A stretch of DNA of 64,000 nucleotides from Octopus vulgaris (Eukaryota). The notes below the pieces were generated by a model. It was given only the letters and a program-made list of their open reading frames with translations, made no database searches and was not told where the DNA came from. The DNA lies in NCBI GenBank assembly GCA_951406725.2, contig OX597816.1:128278001-128342000 (forward strand). The letters run 5' to 3'. The position numbers and the translations under genes were made by a program. Positions 53,815 to 64,000 of the stretch are shown one piece after another. Position 1 is the stretch's first letter, and each line of letters begins with the position of its first letter.

Positions 53815-55170
53815 CAAATATTCTATAGGTTTGTAAAACAATATGCAGTCTCGTTTCATTTTTGTCCTTTTATTATTCTTTACGTACATCAACTTCTGGG
53901 AAACAAAATCTTGCTACACAGTAGTAAAATTCAAAATAATAAGATACTGCATAGTTAAATGCTCATCTTTGGAAACCATCATATTAAATTTCATCCAATC
54001 CTTCTTGTTGATTAGCTTTGGCCAGTTCAGTCATATTTGTATGATGGCCAAATGATTAAGCTTTAGGACAAGTAAAGCCAGCACTTAAGATATGAGATAT
54101 TTGTTTGAAAGAAAACTTGACTGCTATATAAGAAAGCCATGCAGCATAAAGGCTTGTCTCCTCACTTCAGGGTGGATGGATGTTTTATAAAGGCTGTCAG
54201 TTGTCTAAGTGAAGAGTCTTAGAATAGACTTTTATTGGCATTAAAGAATTTAAGGCAATGGTTTTGAAGACGGAACTGACATTAATGTGGATGCTTTGTT
54301 CTCAATTACTACTTTGTGAGATTGTAAAATTGCCTCTCAAAAACATGTGGCAGAAGCTTACCTAAATAAAAATGAGACAAGATTCATGAGCAAGAATCCA
54401 ATGGAAAGAAAATTAAGAATTTTGTTAAAAAATCTAAAAATGAGCTAAATGGAAAGAGTTGACCTGTAAGATTTCAGTCTAAAAGTTTTCCATACACTGA
54501 GTGCATCATATAGATATGCTTACTTAGGGATACCAAGTGGTATGATATAAAGTTGAATGTAACATTCTTTGATTTGGTGGTGTAAAGTGTATACTTCTTC
54601 CTATATTGACATTTTAAGTTTACTGAGGCAATAAATATAGTAACTTTTCTTGTCAATGTGAAATAAAATTCTCATTATAATACATACATCACAGTAATCG
54701 TTAAAAAGCAACAAAATTATATAAATGTATTATTAATATAGTACAAGATACTTTACCATTCATAATGTAAATAGTATTTATCATGTAAACAGTATGATAT
54801 AAATAATCTTCATACCTAACCACATACATTACAAATGTGTGGTTCCATGACCTATTATTCTTTGTGTGTACCTCAAATAGACATTGATTGGCTGTGTACT
54901 TTTTGACATACCTCCTCTCCCACCCACAAAAAAGAGAAAAAGAAAATAAATGAGGATTAATTTAAAATACTGATAACGATTTATCACAACATGATGGTGA
55001 GAAGTTATAATTTACCGAGGATCAAAATGTATATTTTTTGTATGAATATCTAAGAGGATCAGCAATGCTGGTGGTTAAAAGAACATTGGCAGTATGAGGC
55101 TCAATGACCACGACATTGCTGTTCTATTGACTATATAGTCATGCATTCAGATTTTGCTAGTCTTAGTTCT
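53815..55170. repeat. Inverted duplication arm B, containing inserted segment C (54609-54848)
   Basis: Complementary to arm A on both sides of C; C is complementary to 56781-57011. Confidence 0.85.
54309..54361 (-). other. Candidate terminal exon start or AG|GTAAG site
   Basis: TCTTGTCTCATTTTTATTTAG|GTAAGC; phase-1 frame (G)KLLPHVFERQFYNLTK*; lies in the perfect duplex core. Confidence 0.25.
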
Positions 55171-55349
55171 TTTCCTTCAGCTCACCTTGCTCCTTAAATT
55201 TTCACCCCATCCCACTCTCACACTTCTCTTCCTCTTTTATTTCTCTTCCTTTCTTCATTTCTCACCTAGTTTTTCTTTTATACCACTTCCTTTCTGCATC
55301 TGCAAGCTCGCATTTCCTGGAATACTTTGAGAATATCCAAGTATTCCAA

Positions 55350-56420
55350 AGTATCCCCTCAAAATAAGGATAGAGGAACATCACAAAGCTGTGACACAGA
55401 GAGATATTGATAAATCAGGTATAGCTGATCATGTATGGAAAAATGGAGACCACTTCCACCTGTGGGACGAAGTTAAATTTGGCTTTAGGATCAACACCAC
55501 TAAAACCAACCCTATGGCTGCGATATGTTGATGACACCTTCATACTCTGGCCCCACCAGGAAGATGTCCAAGTGCTGTTAGATCATGTGAACTCAATAAA
55601 GCCATCCATACAGTTCACAATAGAAAAAGAAAAACACAATCAGCTAGCATTCCTGGACGTATTAATATCATGCACCAAGTATGGATTCAGGACATCCATA
55701 TACCGCAAACCGAGCTTCACTGGACAATTCCTTAACTTCAACTCTCACCATCCATACAGTGTAAAGAGAGGAATTACTCAGTACCTAAAACATCAAGCAA
55801 TAAATATAAGTAGCGATTGTGATACCCACCACGAAGAAATGATCAAGCTCAGTAACGATCTATTAAGCAACAACTACCCCAAAAGCATACTCTCCAATTC
55901 AATTATGAAGAAAAGAGAGGATGAAACTGATAAACTGTCCACAATCTGTCTACCCTATGTGAAAGGCCTCTCCAAAAAGATACAAAAGATATGCAGCCCA
56001 TATGACATCAGGACAGTATTCAAAAGTAATACAACACTTTGAAAATATCTCCTTTGAGTAAAACCACCAGTAGAAGAGAATATGACCAAGAACTGCATGT
56101 ACTCCATCCCATGCAGCTGTGGTAGGTTAGACAAAGGTGAAACATGTCACGCCCTCAAAATAAGGGTAGAGGAACATCACAAAGCTGTGACAAAGGGAGA
56201 TATTGATAAATCGGGTTTAGCTGATCATATATGGAAAAATGGCGACCACTTCCCCCTGTGGGATGAAGTTACAATAATAGACTGAGAACACCACTGGAAA
56301 ATATGAAAACTAAAAGCAGCAGCACATATGCTAAGACACAATAACCACCTAAGCAGACTGAGCACAGATATGAACAGCATATGGGAACCGGTATTAAGGA
56401 AGGATAGGAGAATTTTAGAT
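55350..56420 (+). mobile_element. Penelope-like retroelement (RT C-terminus plus GIY-YIG)
   Basis: WLRYVDDTF; FLDVL; YRKPSFTGQFLNFNSHHP; YSIPCSCGRLDKGET; 55356-55473 duplicates about 56151-56270. Confidence 0.9.
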
Positions 56421-56454
56421 TTATAAACCCTAAAATTCACTTCATAATTGCACA

Positions 56455-56558
56455 TGGGCATATGGTGTAGTGGTTAAGAGCAGAGGCTACTAACCCCAAG
56501 ATTCCAAGCTCGATTCCAGGCAGCGACCTGAATAATAATAATAACAATAATAACAACA
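56455..56558 (+). mobile_element. Short tRNA-derived SINE with an (AAT)n tail
   Basis: TGGTGTAGTGGTT A box, GCTCGATTCC B box, AAT tail. Confidence 0.7.
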
Positions 56559-56639
56559 TCGAAATTTCCCCAACAAGATGAGGACAAATATCCACCAAAT
56601 GTAAATAATGTACATAATTCCTCATCTCTTAAATACAGA

Positions 56640-56764
56640 ACTGAGTTCAAACTTTGTACGAGTTCATACCTCATAGGATTGAAGCTGTAATTACTGCCAA
56701 AAGTATATTAAAATAAATTTGTTTGAAATTTTAGGTGCTTCCATTATTTTGTCCAACCACTATA
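56640..56764 (+). mobile_element. Tc1-type 3' end with TIR
   Basis: ..IPHRIEAVITAK and the CCATTATTTTGTCCAACCACTATA terminus. Confidence 0.6.
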
Positions 56765-56780
56765 CACACACACACACACA

Positions 56781-57011
56781 TATGGAATCACAAACTTGTA
56801 ATGAATGCACTTAGGTATGAAGAATATTTATATCATATTGCTTGCATGTTATATACTATTTACATTATGAATGGTAAAGTATCTTGTATTATATTTATAT
56901 AATATTGTGCATTTTAATGATTACTATGATATATGTGTTATAATAGATTTTTATTTCACATTGACAAGAAAAGACACTTCATTTATTACCTCAGAAGTAA
57001 ACTTAAAATGT
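56781..57011. repeat. Inverted duplication arm D (partner 54609-54848)
   Basis: Shared blocks such as TACTATTTACATTATGAATGGTAAAGTATCTTGTA and TTTTATTTCACATTGACAAGAAAAG; about 80% by eye. Confidence 0.9.
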
Positions 57012-57017
57012 GTAGAC
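56990..57017 (-). other. Candidate small exon
   Basis: CTATTTATCCCTATTTTCAG acceptor and GAG|GTAATA donor; overlaps the end of arm D. Confidence 0.2.
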
Positions 57018-57572
57018 CTGAAAATAGGGATAAATAGATGAGATCTCTCAAACTTGTTTTGTCTAATCAGAATAAAGTTATTTTGATGGGCTTAAAAGAC
57101 TATAAGTCAGAAGCTTACATTCTGAAAGATTTAGGTGTGAAGTATGCATAAAATATTTATAGGAGTTGTTCAAAGGTCAGAATTAATATGCTCAGCCAGA
57201 GAGTTCTTCATTTAGTTAAGTAGCCACCAATGATGTCTATACGATCATGTTATTTTCATTTTTATTCTTAAATTCATTATTAAGCATTTCCCTCTCCTGG
57301 AATTGGTACAATTTTATAGTATATGTAGTTCCTACATCCATAAATTTGTCTTTACTCAGTTTTTACTGTCTTCATCTATTTCTCATAACAGCTGGAAGTA
57401 CTAAACAACACTATATGCATCATAGTTAAAAAAACAAAGATGAGGGGAAAATAATTGTTTTCTAAAGTATTCACTGACCCCCATCACCCTTTTGTTTCAT
57501 CTTCTTTTAACTAAAGTGTACTCTACTAGTAATAACACTAAAAATAGAAGAAAACATTTTTCATTAACTGAC

Positions 57573-57610
57573 ATAAGTGTGTACGTTCAAAGCTCTTCTG
57601 ATGCGATCAC
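57573..57610 (-). other. Candidate small exon (G)DRIRRALNVHTY, or terminal ..VS*
   Basis: CTTCTTTTCATTGTCCATTTTAG acceptor and TAT|GTCAGT donor; phase 1 to 0. Confidence 0.3.
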
Positions 57611-58824
57611 CTAAAATGGACAATGAAAAGAAGCCTCAAATTTGAAGTCATCTCAAGCATATATCAATTAACTTGCTGGCTACATTACTTTCACATGACT
57701 TGTCATAACACTTTAGAGAACGAATTTGTTTAATGATTAATTTTTTAATGATTAATCTTTCAGGTTGAAAAAAAAAACAATAAATGATTTCAATAAAAAT
57801 CAGATGACAAGTTACATCATTAAAATTCTTGCTAGAAATCAAGTTACACAAAATCAGAGACACAAGTCAGTGAAACTAATATATGGAAGCTGTAAATTAC
57901 AATTCTATTATTTTGTTTCATTTAATAAGATTGTAAAAGCTGCAGGGCTGTTTATTTTTTCTTTTGTTTAATTTTCTTTTATATTACAGAAATTTGTGCA
58001 AGTATGAGATATGGTGTTGAGATCATTATGTCGTTGGTAATAAGCAATTAAGTGGTTGTATTTGTGGACAAGAATGACCATCAGATAAATATTTCCATAC
58101 ATTTTTTCAAATTTAACAGTTTATACCTTACATATATACAAGACCTATATATACTAAAATAAAGACAGCTGCTTGTTAATTACTTGTGAGTACATAAATT
58201 TTACTAAAAAAAAAGAGCAATTATTAAAATCCATACTGCCTAGAAAATTCTTATAAATTCCACTTTTAATATATTTTTATGAAATATATTAGGAACTTTT
58301 ATTATTAATGATTTCAATAACCTATTAATCAGGAGACTATTAGTCAGGAAGTTAATTGACTGCAACACACTTTTTTAACATTTTATATTTGTATCCATTT
58401 TCTTTTGTTCTTTCCTTACAATGATGTCTGTCTTTGTCTCTCTCCCACTTTCCAGTTATCTTTGTCTACTACCGTTATTCATATTAGGTTTTTATTTTAT
58501 ATCTTTATAACATTTTCTCTCTCACTTTTATGCTCATTCTTTTTTCATCATTTTTCATCCAGTGGTCTTTGTCATTTCTCCCCCCATCTCTCTCTCTCTC
58601 TCTCTTGAGCTGACTCTCCACCACTTTTATTCAATTGTTTTCATTAAAAATAAGTAAGTACAAAGTTTTTCTTTGAAGTACATTCCGAACATTTGTGAAA
58701 AATTTCACTGTATCTAGTTATCAAATCAAAATTACTTAGAAATTTTTCATTTCAAGTCTTATATATATTGACAGATATGCACAAATACAGCCATTACATT
58801 CAAGCAAACGTGACATACACTCAC

Positions 58825-58967
58825 AGAAAATTGCCCTCTGGGCGGTATTTCTGCTAGTTTGTATAATGCAGAAGAACATTTCTGTGTATCTGAGGTAATA
58901 CTTGAAGATTTACAACAAGGAAGCTGCAGAGAACGATTTTTGTTAAATTTGCTATGTTGCAAGTGTC
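58825..58967 (-). other. Candidate exon (G)HLQHSKF..IPPRGQFS
   Basis: AG-poor tract ending ATGTAG; TCT|GTGAGT donor; open frame; phase 1 to 0. Confidence 0.3.
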
Positions 58968-59289
58968 CTACATTATTATACATATAAAAGAAAATAGAGC
59001 TGGCAAATTGGTATATGGAAAGATGGATGCTGTCATCAAAACACAATTCTAAATTAACCTTTGTTGAACATCTATTTTTCAAGTAATATATAAGAACAAG
59101 TAAAAGAAGGCGAGAGTATGGAACAAAGGGACAAATTTATATGTGAAGAACAAGTTGATTTTGACATAGGGTTCAAATTGCCAGTTTATATAATTCTGTT
59201 ATATAACACTGTTAGTTGATACATGCTAGCCAAAGATGATTGGTAAACATTTAAATAGGAGTTGTCTTCTCTCAAAGGTCACCCCGTAC

Positions 59290-59324
59290 CTTTTATGGCT
59301 ATATAAGTAGGTTGTGACTCATAG
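59290..59324 (-). other. Candidate microexon YESQPTYIAIK
   Basis: TTTAATTTCCAG acceptor and AAG|GTACGG donor; ends in phase 1, compatible with the downstream candidates. Confidence 0.3.
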
Positions 59325-59459
59325 CTGGAAATTAAATCAAGGTGGCTTGAATCTATCCAAAGCCTTGCTATAATGGTATGGGTTTTCAAACTTTTAAGCT
59401 TTCATAAACATATTCTTTCTCTGGTCATCCTTTTGTATTGTTATTATGGAATTGAATTA

Positions 59460-59775
59460 AGGTAGCATGTTGGCAGAACTGTTAGTGTACCAGACAAAAT
59501 GCTTAGTGACATTTTATCTGTCTTTACATTCTGAGTTCAAATCCTACTGCAGTCAACTCTGCCTTTCATTATTTCAGGGTCGATAGAATAAGTACCAGTT
59601 GCACACTGGGGTCAATGTAATCGACTTACCCTCTCCTTCAAAATTACTGGCCTTGTGCCAAAATTTGAAACAGTTATTTCAGGGTCAATAAAATAAGCAC
59701 CAGTCAATTACTGGAGTCAGTGTAATTGACTATCCCTTCCCCAAAATTTCAGGCCTTGTGCTTAATGTAGAAAGA
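59460..59775 (+). mobile_element. SINE with a duplicated 3' half
   Basis: Family of 1582-1813; the TTTCAGGGTC..GGCCTTGTGC block occurs twice. Confidence 0.8.
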
Positions 59776-59805
59776 GTTAATATGGATTTAAATATGAAAA
59801 AGTGT

Positions 59806-59947
59806 TAGGCATGGCTGTGTGGTAAGGAGCTTGCTTTCCAACCACATGTTTCTGGGTTCATTCCCACTATGTGACACCTTGGACAAGTGTCTTCTACTAT
59901 AGCCTCAGGTTGTTCATGGATTTGATAGATGGAAACTGAAGAAACCC

Positions 59948-59997
<50 letters not shown>

Positions 59998-60258
59998 TGT
60001 GTGTGTATGTATGTATGTACATATATATATATATCTATGTCTGTGTGTCTTTGTATCTGTGTTTGCCCCACTCCATCACTGCTTGACAATCAGTGTCAGT
60101 ATGTTTATGTTCCTATAACTTAGCAGTTCAGCAAAAGTGGCCAATAGAATAAGTACCAGGCTCAAAAAATAAGTAATGGGGTCAATCCACTTGACTAAAA
60201 CAAATTCAAGTCAGTGACCCAGCAATGCTACAATCTAATGACTGAAACAAATAAAAGA
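59806..60258 (+). mobile_element. SINE (microsatellite-containing family)
   Basis: Homologous to 21950-22360. Confidence 0.85.
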
Positions 60259-60739
60259 ATCCTAGATCCTATAATCTTTAACATTTTCAGAGCATGTCTG
60301 ACAGTCCCATAGTATCTAAAAGTTTATTTAACAACCAAATTTCTCATATTTATGTGGTTTGATGCATATAAATCATTTAAAACCCTACACAGACATATAA
60401 TCGTAAAGAAAAGAAAATAGACAAAAATGAAAAATAAACAAATATAAATGCTTATCACCAACCCTCCAACTTACTATAAGCAAATTGATAACACCCTCCC
60501 CACCACACCCACTTACATTTGCAAGAAAAGCAAACAACATACCACAGAAATAACATACAACTAATGACAAACTCAAATAACAAACACAAACACCAGACCA
60601 CCCATTTGCACCATCAGCTACGTATATATACCATAAATAGCGAGTTGTAACAGCTTCCCTTGAAGATCACAGTGGCATAAAATTCAAGTTGCGAGACAGA
60701 CTCACAGCTTCAGTTTCAATAAAAAAACTATATATATGC

Positions 60740-60928
60740 GGGTGGCACGTAAAAAGCACCCACTACACTCACAGAGTGGTTGGCGTTAGGAAGGGCATCC
60801 AGCCGTAGAAACACTGCCAGATCAGACTGGGCCTGATGCAGCCTTCTGGCTTCACAGACCCCAGTTGAACCGTCCAACCCATGCTAGCATGGAAAGCGGA
60901 CGCTAAATGATGATGATGATGATGATGA
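60740..60928 (+). mobile_element. RTE-type 3' tail
   Basis: Same tail motif with (GAT)n. Confidence 0.85.
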
Positions 60929-60974
60929 TATGTGTGTGAGTGTGTGTATATATAAATATGCAGGTATGTATGAT

Positions 60975-61005
<31 letters not shown>

Positions 61006-61469
61006 ATGCGTTTTGCTTAGGAACAATACACATTACTATAGTTTTCTGACTTGAATTGAGTAGAACAAACCTCTCCAAATCATTGTCAAAGTATCTGTGT
61101 AAAGGTAGTAAGGGCTGGTTAGCTACCTTGTACTGGCATGGAGTGATAAAATGTTTAACAATAAAGTGAAGTCAAGTAATGATATTTTGAATGTATTTAA
61201 CATGCGTGTCTCAGATCATTGTACAACAAATAAAAAGGAAGTAATTTTTTTTACACAACATTGTCCTCAGTTAATACATTTCAAAATGCCTTAACTGTTT
61301 TGAAATTTCTTAACAGAGGAAAATGATGTGTTATAGATGAATTCCTTTTTAACTATAGGGAAACTATGTGAAATGCATGTATTAAATGCATTCAAAATAT
61401 CATTCCTTGGTTTGACTTCATTAGCTTTGGATTCTACCTAGGATAACCTGCCTTAACCTACTATCTTAT

Positions 61470-61905
61470 ATTGGTTTCACATTTTGGCACAAAGCCAGCA
61501 ATTGCAGAGTAGGAAGTAAGTCAATTACATCAACCTCAATGTTCATCTGGTACTTATTTCATTGACCCAGAAAAGATGAAATGCAAAGTCAACCTCAGCA
61601 GAATTTAAACTCAAAACATAAAGACAGACGAAAATCTGCATAAGTATTTTGCCTGGTATGTGAATGATTCTGCCAGTTCACCACCTTAAAACTGCTATCT
61701 AATATCGGTTTCAAATGTCAGTTCAAGGCCAGCAGTTTCAGAAGAGGGGTTAAGTCAATTACATCGACCCTAGTGTTCAACTGGTACTTATTTTATCGAT
61801 CCCGAAAGATGAAAGATAAAGTCAGTCTCGGTAGAATTTGAATTCAGGATGTAAAGACAATCAAAATTTTACTAAGCATTTTGCCCAGCATGCTGACAAT
61901 TTTGC
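61470..61905 (-). mobile_element. Two adjacent SINE copies
   Basis: Reverse complement of the 1582-type element, twice. Confidence 0.8.
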
Positions 61906-62129
61906 TGTCTAATATCAATAATAAGGAATAATTGTTCTGAAAGAATACCAGCACATATCACAACCATTTTAAACATTCCTCAGCTGATCTTCTATTGATC
62001 TCTTGTGATCTAAACTCTATATAGTCATTTCTAGCCACAAGTTCTTTTAGTGTATAAATATAAAAATGCCTTAGTCAATCCTGATACCAGTTATCTGCCT
62101 GTCTGTACATTTATTCTATTATACATATA

Positions 62130-62360
62130 CCTATTTCTTTACTGCCCACAAGGGGCTAAACACAGAGGGGACAAAGAAGGACAGACAAACGGATTAAGTC
62201 GATTACATCGACTCCAGTGCGTAACTGGTACTTAATTTATCGACCCCGAAAGGATGAAAGCAAAGTCAACCTCGGTGGAATTTGAACACAGAATGTAACA
62301 GCAGACGAATACGCTAAGCATTTCACCCAGCGTGCTAATGATTCTGCCAGTTCGCCGCCC
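62130..62360 (-). mobile_element. SINE
   Basis: Reverse complement of the 1582-type element. Confidence 0.85.
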
Positions 62361-62929
62361 TCATTATACATATACCAGCTTGATTGGAACACTGTCTATA
62401 GGCAATTCTCATTTAGGCAGCCATAACATCCTTGCATTTATAGTTGCACTTTAACTTGGAGTTTAGCCAGGGACACCAGCTTGAGTACTAATTGTATGTA
62501 CTGATTATCCTGCATTGTCAGATGTAAGAGTATTTGAAACTTCTATTTATTCACACACACACATTAAGTACACACATGTACACATATCATTACTTCATGT
62601 CAATACTGGAATGCATTGAACTGGTTTCATCTTTCAAGTCATCATAGTCCTTCATTACATCACACCACCGACAGAAAAAAGCCAGCTAGCATGATCATCG
62701 TTGTTTAGTATGGATGTACATCCCATCATCAAAGAATGGATTTTAGTGACACTGGTAGCAAAGAGGTTAGCCCATTATGCACACTGATTAAGTACACACG
62801 TACTCACACCATTACTTCATGTCAATACCAGCATGCACTAGATCAATCATGTCTTTCCATTCATCATACATTCATACAAGTTGAAGTACCAAAGTACATC
62901 TCTTAGCTAAGTTTGCATACATGAGGCTG

Positions 62930-64000
62930 ATAACATTATAAGACTTGGAAAGCAGCTCCTTGAGCAACATTCCTTGTCTGATAACCTTAAATACGTGCCC
63001 AAAGAAGTCGCATGACTCTACCACAACAGATCATCAGATGAAAGGATAAGAGTATATGAGCAGAAGACCATGCATGGATATGTTAGTAGAAAGCTGAGAT
63101 GATAGTAACATCGATCATCAAAGCAGTCTATCATGGACCAATAGCCAGATCTCCACCTCCCACTTTGAAGGGTATGTGTTTGCATTCCAGGAACTTGAAA
63201 TATTGGCCAAATACCTAATGCACAAAAGGGACAGAAATACAGAAAAAGCAGTAAAATATGACAACCAATGCAGACTTTATGGAATTAACACCAAAGATAT
63301 CATACATACATCTTAAGTTGGAGAACTCCTTTCCAGGTACTCTGAAAGTACAACAGTCTCATGCAACCCAAAGGAGGCTGGACTGGCCTACCTAAATAGA
63401 AGCTTGGAGGAGAAGCAGGCATCACACCAGCAAAAGCAATGCAGGGGTACATATCCCATTAGCTAAAGGGCAACAACAGTATTGACAGGCAAAGATGCTT
63501 CTCCTGGACATGTGATAGATACATTACATCCCACCCAGAAGGACATGCCTTTATTATCCAGCAGCAGGAGATATTCTACTAAATTCCTGATAATCAAGAG
63601 AGACAAAGATGCCTCCAAACCTCCACTTTGTGGCAGAAAATATTTGCTCTGCTATATCCCTGTGGAAGTTATCACCCATACCATCAACAGCTACCCCCAA
63701 ATGTCTATAAGATACTACTCGCCTCTGAGGTGTGATATAGTTGCAATGACTATTCATAATTCTATCCACAGGAAGGATTGCCATGACATATACATCAAAG
63801 GCAAGCCAGAACCAGCAGGTATTTAAACCTTTCAAAATAAGGAATGCTGGTGGATCACCCCAATAAAATCAACAATTCAGTACAAACATAACAGACCTGA
63901 AATTGCTCCTTGAGACAGGAAACAAAAGTCATGCACTGTTGTGGAGGTCAGTTGTTCAGCAGATGTGAATGTACAATCAAAAGTCCAGGGAAAAGAGAAC
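62930..64000 (+). mobile_element. Two adjacent decayed RLE-type (R4/Dong-like) LINE fragments
   Basis: EGYVFAFQELEI..QCRL; EGHAFIIQQQEI..THTINSYPQMSIRYYSPLRCD; NRPEIA..CTVVEVSCSADVNVQSKVQGKE. Confidence 0.65.

Noticed and set aside
57573-57610. Resemblance of RIRRALNVHTY to the Quaking/HOW C-terminal RxHPY motif
   Set aside because: The HPY motif is absent and the neighbouring candidate exon does not match; no gene symbol assigned
58775-58893. Plus-strand open exon-like segment overlapping the minus-strand candidate
   Set aside because: Weak pyrimidine tract and donor compared with the antisense candidate; no recognisable peptide

Overview
AT-rich, repeat-dense eukaryotic DNA. The SINE, LINE and microsatellite content strongly resembles an octopus (coleoid cephalopod) genome; that assignment is my inference. 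The window looks like intronic or intergenic sequence and contains no recognisable host protein-coding gene. Nearly all long ORFs are microsatellite artefacts or transposon remnants: mariner/Tc1, Penelope, RTE, restriction-like-endonuclease (R4/Dong-type) LINEs, and one uninterrupted 5'-truncated CR1-type RT ORF. Three non-checklist signals stand out. (1) Two interlocking long inverted duplications of apparently unique DNA: 47.2-48.2 kb pairs with 53.8-55.2 kb, and 54.6-54.85 kb pairs with 56.8-57.0 kb. They include a 151-bp perfectly complementary core and overlap splice-site-like motifs next to a cluster of phase-compatible candidate small exons on the minus strand, which suggests a long-range dsRNA (ADAR/splicing) architecture. 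(2) Hammerhead-ribozyme-like motifs occur in several unrelated short elements, mostly inserted beside (TA)n microsatellites; one has a fully canonical core. (3) There are many additional foldback hairpins. All alignments were done by eye, so identities and element boundaries are approximate.
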